Of a DNA stretch of 64,000 nucleotides, positions 43,480-64,000 are shown piece after piece. The DNA is from Amoebidium appalachense (Eukaryota; Protista; Ichthyosporea). The position numbers were made by a program, and so were the translations under genes. Position 1 is the stretch's first letter. Each line of letters opens with the position of its first letter. The notes below the pieces were generated by a model that saw nothing but the letters and a program-made list of their open reading frames with translations, searched no databases and had not been told where the DNA came from. The stretch spans positions 3,438,722 to 3,502,721 of the forward strand of contig CAVNZM010000013.1 in NCBI GenBank assembly GCA_963693365.1, given 5' to 3'.

Positions 43480-43763
43480 ACCACCACCACCACCACCACC
43501 ACCACCACCACCACCACCACCCCACCCCCACCCCCCTCCGGGTGGACCACGTTACCCCTCGGCCAATTTCCGTCCACAGATACAGCATTGACACAGTACT
43601 TAGTAGATTTTTTTTTTTTCCCCTCCATTTTAATAACTTCATGCCGCGAGAAAATCATATACGTATAGGCATCCCCTCCCCCTCTCCCCCCCCCTTCTCC
43701 CCCCTCCCCCTCACACACATCCACACCCACACACACACGTACGTACACCAGCACACACAGTCA

Positions 43764-43801
<38 letters not shown>

Positions 43802-43981
43802 ACCACCACCACCACCACCATCACTACGAAAAGCAAAAAGAAAAGAAACGAGGGGGGAAAGGTAAGAAAATGATTGAAAGAAAACACACTTTGTCAAAAA
43901 ATGAAACTTTTGCAACGGCACATCAGCGCACACACACATAGACACACACACACACACACACACACTCACACACACACACGT

Positions 43982-44017
<36 letters not shown>

Positions 44018-44438
44018 CACACACAGTACCCGTACACAGGCACACATGCACGCGCACGCACGCCTTTCCGCAGGACCCTTCTATAAATCTCCGCTCTGTC
44101 AGTCTGTCATTGAACAACCCCGGCCCCCCTCTCCCCTCCCAGGGCCTGGGCCTGCCTCTCCCTCATTTCCAGATACACCCCCCCTTCCCCCACACCCCAA
44201 CCTGGCCCCACACCCTGCCCCGTGTTATTGCTTGAACCCCTTCCCCCCCCCCCCCCCCCCCCTCCCCCAGGCCACCCGCCTTCCCAATGCACACATACAC
44301 AAGCACTTGCACCACCAAGACTTCGAGTTTCTTAGTCCCCCACAGGCAACTCCAATAGGACGACAACCAAAGAAAAGGGCGCTATAACTAGGAGCTAGTA
44401 TTACTAACATGCTGTGAATATCATGAACTCAGGCTGGG

Positions 44439-44510
<72 letters not shown>

Positions 44511-44663
44511 TGTGTGTGTGTGTGACGTTTGTGTGTGTGTACACGTGTGCTCAGGAGGGGGGGGTTGGGGGGGCAGTGGGTACGGGTCACGATCGATGAG
44601 AAGTGGCCATCGATATCTGGGAGTCTCGCAGGGAGGTACGTAGATATAGTGAGGAGGCAGTCA

Positions 44664-44713
<50 letters not shown>

Positions 44714-45468
44714 AATCTGAGCTAGTTTGTAACGCTTTTATTCTGTTCAAATAATTATAACACATTTATCCCGTTCGATAATTAAAATTATGTGACATCA
44801 AGCCGGCCATCTGAAAGTGTAGCATGTCTCGTTGCTAGCTGATCGAAAAAGTCAGCTGCAAGCTTAAGATGCCAAATTAAATATGACAAGTGTATGGGTA
44901 AGGCCATCGCAAAAACCTCATATGTTCAGATTTCTATTATTACACTCAAAGTACACAGAGCCGATCAAATAACTTGAGCACGTTATGGTAGCGTGCATCC
45001 AATCAGACTCTTAAACCCGACACTATACAGTAAATTCATTCGTCAATAGGACCGTGAATCCATTAATTTCGAATGGTTTTAAGGTTCAAGTCAACCAAAA
45101 AAAGACCGAAAAATCAGCACAACACATAGGGAATACGTGCACAGTCGTATTAGTGCCTCTACATACCACCAACAAATTATCTGGGATTCAGCAGTTTGAC
45201 TTCTTTCAACGCAGCCTGACATGTAATGTTAATACAGGGTAGGGACAGAAAGAAAAAAGAGAGAGGGGAAAAAAGCACAATCATGGCAGTGCACACACGG
45301 CCAGTACTTTCGTGCACAAGGAATTGGTAGGGGTTCATTTGGTACCCAAAAGAAGCAAAAAATAAGGGGGGAGGGGGGTCCTTATTCCAAAAAATTCGAA
45401 AAAAATCGGGAAAAAAAAAAAAAAAAAAAAGGGAGAAAAAAAAAAAACTGCGCAAAAACAGGAAGGCC

Positions 45469-45499
<31 letters not shown>

Positions 45500-45555
45500 A
45501 GAAAAGAAAAGAGGTAAAGAAAGAAAAGGCCTTGTAATTAAACATAAATCTGGGG

Positions 45556-54098
<8,543 letters not shown>

Positions 54099-55962
54099 TT
54101 CCGCTCGAACATCTGCACCGGGAGATCCACGGAGAAAAACACGGTTTCAAGGTTGCGGAGAGGCCAATGTTGGCATTGTCTTTAAGGTTTCTCACAGTAA
54201 AGACTATCCTAATGTTGGATGTTTACATATCAAGATCCTCTTGAAGCAATCTTTTCACCAAACACAGCTAGCACACACACCGTTATACTTGTGTAGTGAA
54301 TTTTCTTGATCGTCAACGGATCCGTTTAGTCTCTCGGCCTCCACAGTTTTCGGTTGTACACCGTGTGTCTACAAACATGGATGTTTGCAGACCTACAGAA
54401 CTGCACTCCTTCCCCGCACACGCCAAACACTGATGCGCGCATCTTCGGGCTCTCCTTTTTAAAGTGGCACCTTGGCTTCGAAAATCACGTATGTGAAAGG
54501 TGAAGGCGTATGCATGACCTGACAGGCTCAGCCAGACGCAGGGCCCCAGATGTGGCACCCGAGGTTGCTTTTAGATGACGGTGACCATATTGCATGATTA
54601 AGATGTGACAGAGTAGCTTTTATTTCAAAGAATTCTCATTAATATTGCCTAGAGCGCCAAATCTTAAACATTTAAATCTTTAAGGTCAAGGTCTAGGTCA
54701 CCGATGGGCGAATACCAGGCCTGATGCGTGCCGTACCAATCGAAACGAACCGGGCAGTGACGTCTACCGAGAACGTAGGGTGTTACTAATAATAGAAAAC
54801 TAAAAATAGACACGCTGACATTTACTGTAGATCTGCCGCCGGGCCGGGCCCGCCGGCAAGCGGACATTCAAAGCCCCACAGATCTGCCGGGCGCCCCGTA
54901 CAAACGGCCAGTCACACATAACCTTTTTTAGGCGAATTGGTCGACACGATCTCCGCGTGGGCCCGGCCGAGGCTCTCTGGACGGAACCGTTTCGGAACCA
55001 ATTCCGAGTCGGGTCGGAATCGGGTAGAACTCGAATTGCCTTTTTATTGCGCTGTATGAGTCACTGCGGACTGGAAAGGAAGGGTTCCCCTCATGATCAG
55101 GCTTTGTTAGCGTTAACTTTCTCGCTGCCGGGGCGAGCGCACTGAGTCATCTGGGCGAAAATCTTTTCTTTTGACTCGGGTTTATTGATCCGTTGATGAA
55201 TGAAGGCAACGTGCAGCCACAGGCTACATAACCATCAATGGAACTGAATTCGAAAAGCCAAAGCTACGAAATTATAAAGCAACAAGTGACTGAAGGACAC
55301 CAGCTGCGGGCAAAACCTTAAGTATACGTGTATGCGTGAAACTAGTCAATTGCTCCAACTAGTCATATGCATCGATGTTGACCAGACCACATGTTCCGCA
55401 TTGAAGAAGACATCATTACTGCTCCTTCCCAACAGGCCCCCCTCAAAACCTACCGAGGCACAGCAAGCAATTGCAAGTCAGCCTCTAAAAGAGCAATGCA
55501 GACCAAATCTGAGCTAAATAACAATCCCAACGGGCCCGGCCCCTTAGTAGATAACCCGGAGAAACTGCATCTAGCTTTCTGATAAGGTGGCCTAGTTGTG
55601 GCAGGACACACAGAAAAACACAATTACAGAATGCATGCAAGCAAACCTGGACAATTGCCATGTGACTGGAGGCTAAGGACTGGCAGTCACTTGGAAAGCT
55701 CCCCGACGACCAAGACTTCGCCGCCCCTCCACTCACGCAGCGCAGAAGCAGCTGAAGAAGTTGCAGCAGCCCACCGCCAATAGGTCGCGTAGAAACGTAG
55801 ACAGCGTGTAGAAGTTACCATATGTTGCAGTGGACCACCAGGCGTTGAAGAAACCACTTCTCAAGCGAGCAACTCCGCGAAAGGGAGATGCCCCCAGCAG
55901 TAGGAATACACCAGGCCACACCACACACATGCTGCAGTCACGTTCCCCTGAGTGGGACTCCC

Positions 55963-56584
55963 TGTGGTATATTATACTATACCGGATATCTAGTATGGAT
56001 GTACACAGGTTGAGATATACGCGCACGTGTACATGTATATATCATACCACTGTGTTTGATCTTAGGTAGGCCAGTATGCATGTCCCCCCCAGTCTTGTGC
56101 GCATGAGCATGGAGTTAAACATATGTGCACGTGCAGCTTGCAGGATTATTCATGGGAAAACAGATATAATAGTCACATGGGACCGACACGTAGTAGAGGA
56201 ACCATGAGCGTTAAGTTATAGTTTTATCATGGGAAAATATGCAAGTAGCCGTGAGGTATGACTGTGGAATGCATCGTTAGGCAAGTACTGTCACCCGATT
56301 GGCTCACTAAGTTTATTGGAACCGTGATAGCCATGGGACAGAACCGTGAACCGTATGTGATTGGCTCTCGTAGCCAAAAGGACATACCGATGCGCATGTC
56401 TGAGCCGCTGTGCGAGCTCCGATATAAGGGCATGTCGGAGGCTTCAGAGCTCACTCAGTGTGCTCGGCTTACTAGGTGTAAGTAGGACTAGCACGTAACT
56501 AAGCAAAGCGTGGTCTAGTCAACCCCGTTCATTAATTTTACAAATATATTGTTTGTCACGGACACACGATCTCTTTATACAACA
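55963..56584 (+). repeat. 5' LTR (622 bp)
   Basis: Starts TGTGGTATAT, ends TATACAACA; near-identical to 63187-63801. Confidence 0.96.
56423..56459 (+). promoter_or_regulatory. Putative LTR promoter (TATA plus Inr-like)
   Basis: TATAAG at 56423 and TCAGT at 56455-56459, present in both LTRs; function inferred only from spacing. Confidence 0.4.
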
Positions 56585-56600
56585 GCTGAGCTACACCCCC
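56585..56600 (+). other. Non-canonical primer-binding site
   Basis: GCTGAGCTACACCCCC directly abuts the LTR end; its reverse complement GGGGGTGTAGCTCAGC resembles the 5' end of eukaryotic tRNA-Ala. No TGG-type PBS. Confidence 0.7.
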
Positions 56601-56649
56601 TGCAGCGCTAGTTCTTGCGCTGCAAGTGTGCTCGTTTCAAGCAAGTACT

Positions 56650-58562
56650 ATGTTTTTAGTTGTTTGGGTTCTAACATGTCTGGCCACCTTGGTGACGACA
56701 ATGCCGGCCCTAGCGGCCTGCATGGGGGCGAAGCAAGAAACGCCGACATCATTTTCCTTGAAGAACTCGGGTATAATGTTCCCCTTTCTCCCCCCGGCGC
56801 TTCACCGTGGTACCCTCCTGGAGCAGACATTCCGTTGCTCGACCGTGTCTACTTCCGTTCACACGACCTGCAACACGACAATCAATACTGCTTCTCTTTT
56901 CGTTCAGGGGAAACCGACTACGGCCAATCATTTGACCCCGAAGACTTGCCACCTGAAGACAATCGACATTCATCAGTCGACCTTCTCCACGGGCTGGAAG
57001 TCGAGGTCAACGCGAACGCAAGCAGAGGCACCAGACGCCCTGGTACGCGCCCTAACGGAGTATGCAAATTTGCACAACAAGACGGGCGTGAGCCTGGCAG
57101 CTTGGTGCTGGTGCGTTCTTGGGTGTCTCCTTCTGTTCATGCTGCTGGCATTGTTGGTATCGAAGTTTGCCAGCTGTACAGCGCGCACGGCACTGTACCG
57201 TTCGTCGTCGGCACTCACCATGCTCCACCAACAACTACTCGCCCTCGCGAATGTATTCACTTCCAGGCAAAACTACGCGTGCCTTTCAGGGCAGTCTTCC
57301 CACATAACTAAGTCACATGAATTTATCAATCAGTTAGTGGCTCTTAGTCGTGGTGAGCTCGACCTAGTTGTTACTTATTATGGTAACCGGGGCCCTCGAA
57401 AATTTCATCCAAGCATGCTCCCCTCGTGGGTTCGTGCCGGACGGGGCCCCCGTAAGAACTCTGGCCGAGGTGGTAGGGGTGGGCGTGGTGGTGGCCGGGG
57501 GGGGCATAACAACCCCCCTCCTGCTGCCAACGAAAATGGGGATGGTAATGCAGGTGGCGGCGGCCCCCCACCTCCCCCGGACGGTGGTGCTGACGGTGGT
57601 GCCGGTGGTGCTAATGGTGCCGGAGGTGCTAACGGTGCTGGTGGTGCCGGTGGTGGTGGTGGTGATGGCGGTGGCGACGGCGGTGACGGTGGTGATGACG
57701 GTGACGGTAACGACGGCAACGGTAACGACCGGGAGGGGAAGGAAAAGATTCAACACATCCCCTCAGCAGCAATTCAGTCCCGTCCTATGCTCGAGGCAGA
57801 TGCCGATATCGACGAATTCTACAAACAACTCCAACATCATTTAATTTTCTTTTGTATTATGGAGTTGGTGGGCTTGAATCGCACGTTGATGTTTATTCGT
57901 ATGTGCATGGGCCCCGGGGACCCCCGAGATGCTGCCGATAACGTCGACCTTTCCACGTGCACCGGCATCGACGATTTTTGGGCTAAGTTCCTTGAGAAGT
58001 ATTTAGACAAGGAACGTAAGGAGGAGTTATTAGACGAGCTGAACAAGCTTCGTTTTATGCACACTCGGGCCTCGATACTATAGTAAAGACATTCCACAAG
58101 AAATTTAATTGCATCGTCTCCAACACGGGTCTCAAGAACATGCCCGAGGTTGTGCTTCATCATTACCAACGTACCCTCAACGACTACCCGGACCTTTGCT
58201 CGGAGGCCCGGGCTGCCACCACCCTCAAGCAAGCCATGGCCCGTGTCATCCGACGGTATGAAGCTGATGTGGGTGCTCACAATTTAAAATGTAACCGTAA
58301 TGTGGGTGGTGTAGATGAGATGGGTGGTGGTAGTGGGGGGCATGGTGGTGGTGGTGGTGGTCACGGGGGTGGCCACGGGGGTAGTGGGGGTAATGTTGGT
58401 GGTAAGGGTAAATCTAATGGGGGAGGTAAATGGGCTAAGGACGATAAAAAGAAAGATAAGAGGGGGCCCAATTGTTGGGCATGCAAGCAGCCGGAGCATC
58501 GTTTTAAAGATTGCCCCACCCGAGCTGCCAAGAAGAACAAGGGCAAGCAAAGTGAAAAATAG
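56650..58562 (+). pseudogene. gag: Gag with N-terminal signal peptide and TM helix; frameshift near 58065
   Basis: ATG 56650 MFLVVWVLTCLATLVTTMPALAA; hydrophobic helix 57088-57159; RGG/Gly-rich linker; capsid-like helical region; after the frameshift the frame ends with CCHC knuckle CWACKQPEHRFKDC and TAG at 58560-58562. Confidence 0.8.
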
Positions 58563-58845
58563 GTAATTGCCGGTGCTAGATGCACGGATACGGCATGTAT
58601 TGCACATTGTGACCCAGTGGGTCACGAGAAAGTAATTAAAAATGTGCCTATACCAAGTGCTTCTGCCCCGGCTTCTTCCGATATCCCCCCTCCGAGCCCC
58701 TTTCCCCCGACCCCCGACCCCCCACCCCCCCACACCTATCCCCCCCCACAAAGAAACTTCGAACACTCGACAGAATAAGAAAAGTGTTCGATATAAGTGC
58801 CATATGCAATCATTATGCAGGAAGACGTATCTATGTTAATGTTGA

Positions 58846-59716
58846 GTAACGTTGAGTAATGAAAAATACTTTGCATTGTTTGACACTGGGGCATCATTCA
58901 CGGTGGTTGAATGTAACGTTGAGTAATGAAAAATACTTTGCATTGTTTGACACTGGGGCATCATTCACGGTGGTTAGTGAAGCTGTTTTTTCCCGACACA
59001 TGCAGGAGTTTGCTTTGCAACCCTCTGATGTGATTGTTACTTCCGTACGGAAAAACGATAAAGCTCTAGCTGTGAGTGGTGAAGTGATGCTCCCGTTATG
59101 CCTCGGTTCTCAAACATTCATGTGGCCTTGCTTAGTAATTAAAAATATTAAGCATGACATGATTATTGGGAACGATTTTGCCAACAAACACATTGCCACC
59201 ACTAATCATCAAGCACACTCACTAACACTGGTGTCGGGGATGGTGGTGCCGACGTCATCTTTGCACACCCCCTACACAATGTGTCCTGTTACCGTCAAGC
59301 ACGACTCGGACACCACCGTCAAATCTGGCTTTGGATGTGTATTACGTGCAACGGTGCAGGTGACTGCTGCTGCTGCTTCTGCTGGCACCCTCGGTATCTT
59401 CGAGCCTACTCGTGAATTTCGAGATAAGTTCCCCCCCACCATCTGTGAAATTAGTGTGGATAAATCCATTGCTGTTGTGTGCGAAAATGGTGTGGGTCCG
59501 GATTTGAACGTGTTCGGTACCATCGGTCATTTCGTTCCTACGAGCCGACATGAGTACATACACGAACTGAGTGTTTTGCAAGCCGAACCCCACCCCAGTC
59601 GTACACAAACCGTCGTTGGTGCAATAGCGCAGTGCATCAGGTGGGCAACGGGGGGTGGAGAAGGTTGCCTACCCAATTCACCTCCGGCCGTGCCACCGCC
59701 GGGTGCCTACCGATAA
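58846..59716 (+). pseudogene. pol: Retropepsin protease region of pol
   Basis: FALFDTGASFTVVS active site and DMIIGNDF motif; 67-bp tandem duplication over the active site. Confidence 0.9.
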
Positions 59717-59859
59717 CATGTGTGGGCACAAAGGGCATGTGAGTGGGACACTAGGCGGTCCGATACACTCACCGATCGACCAATCAATGTGTGCCGTTGA
59801 TCATGAAAACCCCCCCCCCCCCCCCCCCCCCGCGAAAAATTTCAGAAATTTCGGGTGGG

Positions 59860-61606
59860 GGTGCACACGATGCCGGCCAGGCTCCCCACGGTTTTGATTG
59901 GAATAGGGTGCCTCAGAGTATGCTTCCGGATGTCAAGAAACTATTAGAAGCACACTCTCGTTGCTTCATCACTACGGACCCCGACGAATTTCCTCAGATT
60001 AAAGGATTCACCATGCACATAGACACGGGAGATAACCCACCGATTCGATTAAAACAGTGGAGGTTGGAACAAGTGAAAGAGCAGGCTGCAAAGGAGATCG
60101 TAGAGGATATGTGTCGTAGAGGGCAGATGGAACAAGCACACAGTCAGTATAATTCACCCACCTTCGTAATACGAAAACCAAACGGAAAATACCGTCTGCG
60201 GACTGATTTCCGTGCTCTTAACAAGCAAATTCGAAAATCTGCCTGGCCCATGCCCAACTTGCAACAACAAATAGAGAAGTTGGCTGGGTATAAGTATTTC
60301 TGTAAAGCTGATATGTCGAGTGCCTTTTACCAAATACTGCTAGACGCTGAGTCACGTGAAAAAACAGGATTTTCTGTGGCTGGTGTGCAGTATCGTTATT
60401 GTGTGGCACCACAGGGGCTAAGTACTTCCCCGTCCCAGCTAGCATCTATCATGACACAGATTTTGGCCCCTCTGGCCGATGACGTGGTGGTATATGCCGA
60501 TGATTTAGCTGTGGGTGCACACACCGAAAAAGAATTAATACAGAAGCTTGACCGACTTTTCACCCGTCTCGGTGAATATGGAGTTAAGCTCGATGGGGCA
60601 AAGACATACATTGGGCTCACGGAAATACCGTTTTTGGGTTGGATTGTAGGTGTGAATGGCATTCGGGCCGACCCGAAAAAGAAAGGTACAGGCAGTGAAA
60701 GATTGGCCGGTACCAAACACACTACACCAACTCCGGGGTTTTCTGGGTATTACTTCGTATCTCCGTCGTCACATTTTAAATTATGCAGAGCGAGCCCGGC
60801 CCATGAATGCCGAGTGTTACGGAGAAAAACACCGACGGTTAAAATGGACGGACGAATTAGATCGCTTGTTTAAAGATTTAAAATCGGCGTTATCGGAGGA
60901 AGTGCTTGCCCTGCCCGATCTTTACCCCATGGGGGGTCAGTTTCTTATTCGTTGTGATGCTAGTCGGTTCTCGGAAGGGGCTTGCAGGCTGTATCAAAAA
61001 CAAAAAGATGGCAAGTTCCGCACGGTGGCATAAGCCTCCCGGATGTTTCAACCTACCGAACGTAGGTGGAGCAACATTGAACGAGAAACGCATGCAATCT
61101 ATTGGGCACTGAAAGAGTTTAGGGTGTACGTGTATGGTCGAGTGAATACTATTGTGGAAAGTGACCATAAGCCCTGTCTTTCTCTTAAAGGTGTCAAACG
61201 GATAGCAAACGAACGGATGCAACGGTGGGCTTTGGAAATGCAGGAGTATGATTTCGATCTATACTATCGTCCTGGCCCTACCATGCACGATGCTGATGGG
61301 TTAAGCCGTATAGGATATATTCTGCATGAGAACGAAAACATACCACTGGAAAAGTGGGATGTGAAAAAGGAGTTACAAGAGGTTCTCACAGCAGATTTAT
61401 TCGAGCTTAGCTCGAAACCAGCCGAAGTGTTTGTTGATTGGGGCGATGCACTCGAATTCACACACATTTTCGACCCAGACCGCTTGAAATGTGCACAAAT
61501 TTCTGCACTCAGTCAAGCCGGCCTGCCCTCCCTTTCTGCACTCGGTGGTGCCGGCTATCAGAAGGAAGCAATTATGATGGCACAAGGGGGGGGACAAAAT
61601 GTGTAA
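59860..61606 (+). pseudogene. pol: Reverse transcriptase and RNase H of pol, disrupted
   Basis: SQYNSPTFVIRKPNGKYRLRTDFRALN, ADMSSAFYQI, PQGL, YADD, IPFLG; RNase H CDAS, ERETHAI, ESDHKP. Frameshift near 60685 and premature TAA at 61031-61033. Confidence 0.93.
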
Positions 61607-63146
61607 GGATATAATCACGTGGCTCCGGTGGCTTGCCTCCCTCGATGCCGAAGCCAAACGGGAATGGCAGGCAGGGGGGGAACGAGCTGCACAGGGTCTT
61701 AATCTTGAGTATTTCGGATACAAAAAGGTTAAGAAAATAGCACAAATGTGTGTGATAGAGGATGACGTGCTTTATCATGTGGCTAAGGATGGTCGTCGTT
61801 GCCTAGTATATGTGCCCGAAATCCTTCGTGCTGATTTATTAAGAAGTGTGCACGACGGGGGGGCTCATACTGGCATTGAACGAACATACGAAAGATTATA
61901 CAATTACTATTGGCCACGCATGCACAAAGATATCACTGCTTATGTGAATGCCTGCACACAGTGCCAAGGCCGTAACGATAACCCACACTTGAGAAGTAGG
62001 CCATTTGAACAGAGATATGAAAATTTAAAAATGTTCTCTCGTGTTTCTGTTGAACTTATGGGTCCGTTCACAGAAACGAAAAATGGTAATACTTTCATTT
62101 GTGTGTTTATGGATATGGCAACGAAGTATTTAATCACTGTGCCCATCCAATCTAAGCATGCCGTTAATGTTGCACATGCACTCATGAATGTAATTTGCTA
62201 TATACACGGCCCCCCTCGTACACTCTTGAGTGATCAAGGATCAGAATTTCTCAATGAGCTAATTGTTGAGGTTTGCCGTATAGCAAATATTGCACAAGTG
62301 AGCACCTCAGCATATCACCCACAAAGCAACGGTCTCATAGATTTATTAATAATGCACTCTCAAAGTACGTTACTTATGAGCACACTAATTGGGACACTCT
62401 GTTGCCGGTGGTTACACATGCATACAACACAACAACACACAAAATTTTGCAATGTACACCGTATTATCTTGTGTACGGGCAAGAAGCAACACAATTCCCT
62501 GACGTTGCCCTTCTTAGCAGTAACCACCCGGCACTCAAGGACCCAGAGTGGAAGGCATACCGGCGAGAGTTACTAGCCCGTCTGCCTCTGCTCCGTGCTG
62601 TGGTCCAGCAACGTGCCGTACGAGAGCCCCCAGGCCCCTCGGTGGCTCGTGAATTTAAGAAGGGTGCACAGATACGTGTTCGGAATCAAGCCAAAAATAT
62701 CGGTGCCTGGGATGTACGGTGGATTACGGGTTACGAAATCGTCAAAAGGGTCGGCCCGGTCACGTACGATCCGAAGCTTAGCAACTATGAAGAAATCTAA
62801 GTGGCACGTGGACGATATTCAGCTTGAATTGAGTGAGCAAAATAGAATTCGGCCTCAAGATCTCTCTCACCTCCCGGACACGGGCGATAGTCACAATTTC
62901 AACAAGGTTCTGCCGGACGAGTGGGTGGTGGAAAAGGTGCTTGACGTAAGAATTCAGAAACGGCGCAAGCAATCCACCCCTTACAAGTGGTACCAGATCA
63001 AGTGGGCAGGCAAAGATGAATCATTCACCTCTTGGGAGTGTGAGAAAGACTTGGCCTGCCCGGACAAGATCCGAGAGTTCCACCAACGCAGAGGTGACCT
63101 TGCATCGTTCCACGGATACATTGACTCATTGTGTGGAGCATGGTGA
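61599..63146 (+). pseudogene. pol: Integrase with C-terminal chromodomain, disrupted
   Basis: HHCC zinc finger (VHDGGAHTG...CTQC), VSVELMGPF (E where D is expected), SDQGSEF, YHPQSNG then frameshift near 62340, VGPVTY, second frameshift near 62780, chromodomain EWVVEKVLDVR...WYQIKWAGKDESFTSWE. Confidence 0.93.
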
Positions 63147-63186
63147 CGTATGTCGAGGACGACATACTTCTTTTTACGGTGGGGCG

Positions 63187-63801
63187 TGTGGTATATTATA
63201 CCGGATATCTAGTATGGATGTACACAGGTTGAGATATACGCGCACGTGTACATGTATATATACCACTGTGTTTGATCTTAGGTAGGCCAGTATGCATGTC
63301 CCCCCCAGTCTTGTGCGCATGAGCATGGAGTTAAACATATGTGCACGTGCAGCTTGCAGGATTATTCATGGGAAAACAGATATAATAGTCACATGGGACC
63401 GACACGTAGTAGAGGAACCATGAGCGTTAAGTTATAGTTTTATCATGGGAAAATATGCAAGTAGCCGTGAGGTATGACTGTGGAATGCATCGTTAGGCAA
63501 GTACTGTCACCCGATTGGCTCACTAACTTGAAGTTTATTGGAACCGTGATAGCCATGGGACAGAACCGTGAACCGTATGTGATTGGCTCTCGTAGCCAAA
63601 AGGACATACCGATGCGCATGTCTGAGCCGCTGTGCGAGCTCCGATATAAGGGCATGTCGGGGGCTTCAGAGCTCACTCAGTGTGCTCGGCTTACTAGGTG
63701 TAAGTAGGACTAGCACGTAACTTAGCAAAGCGTGGTCTAGTCAACCCCGTTCATTTACAAATATATTGTTTGTCACGGACACACGATCTCTTTATACAAC
63801 A
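63187..63801 (+). repeat. 3' LTR (615 bp)
   Basis: Copy of the 5' LTR, preceded by a T-tract and short G-rich GGTGGGGCG at the PPT position, followed by TSD CTCCC. Confidence 0.96.
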
Positions 63802-64000
63802 CTCCCTCCCACCACAAAAAGAAGAAACGAAAGCCTTTATACTGACCTGTCATGGTGAAGAATCGATATCGGGAAAAAAAAGTTGATGTGGCAGCTATTG
63901 TAAGAGGTCGTTGAAGTGGCGAAAATCGCTTCCGATTCGGATCGGAATAGGGAACCGGATCGGAATCTCTAGGAATCGGAATCGAGGCGGAATCGGTTAA

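Larger units (their letters stand above)
55963..63801 (+). mobile_element. Full-length Ty3/Gypsy chromovirus LTR retrotransposon, mutated
   Basis: TG...CA LTRs, 5-bp TSD CTCCC (55958-55962 and 63802-63806), domain order gag-PR-RT-RNaseH-IN-chromodomain, multiple frameshifts and stops. Confidence 0.97.

Noticed and set aside
63146-63186. env gene after pol
   Set aside because: Only 40 bp separate the end of the chromodomain frame from the 3' LTR.

Overview
Eukaryotic genomic DNA from an intron-rich organism whose introns are packed with (CA)n/(GT)n, (GA)n and poly-C/poly-G tracts; most ORF-track entries are translation artefacts of these repeats. Manual splicing gives: (1) a 23-exon + strand gene (129-21636, about 1833 aa, all GT-AG, phases consistent) encoding nine tandem PAS domains, at least two with FixL-type heme ligands, fused to an F-box and about 13 LRRs, a candidate heme/gas-sensing SCF ubiquitin-ligase adaptor; (2) a decayed bacterial-type GH18 chitinase with an intronless core and a Cys/Trp + Thr-rich N-terminus; (3) a decayed gene built from repeated two-exon Cys-rich modules; (4) two tandem 9-exon paralogues of a FUSC/ALMT-like membrane transporter on the - strand (about 865 aa each); (5) a full-length but mutated Ty3/Gypsy chromovirus (55963-63801, TSD CTCCC) whose PBS matches the 5' 16 nt of tRNA-Ala and whose Gag ORF starts with a signal peptide and a transmembrane helix. 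A MITE, a 52-bp palindrome and several minisatellites are also present. All family calls are motif recognition by eye; no searches were run.
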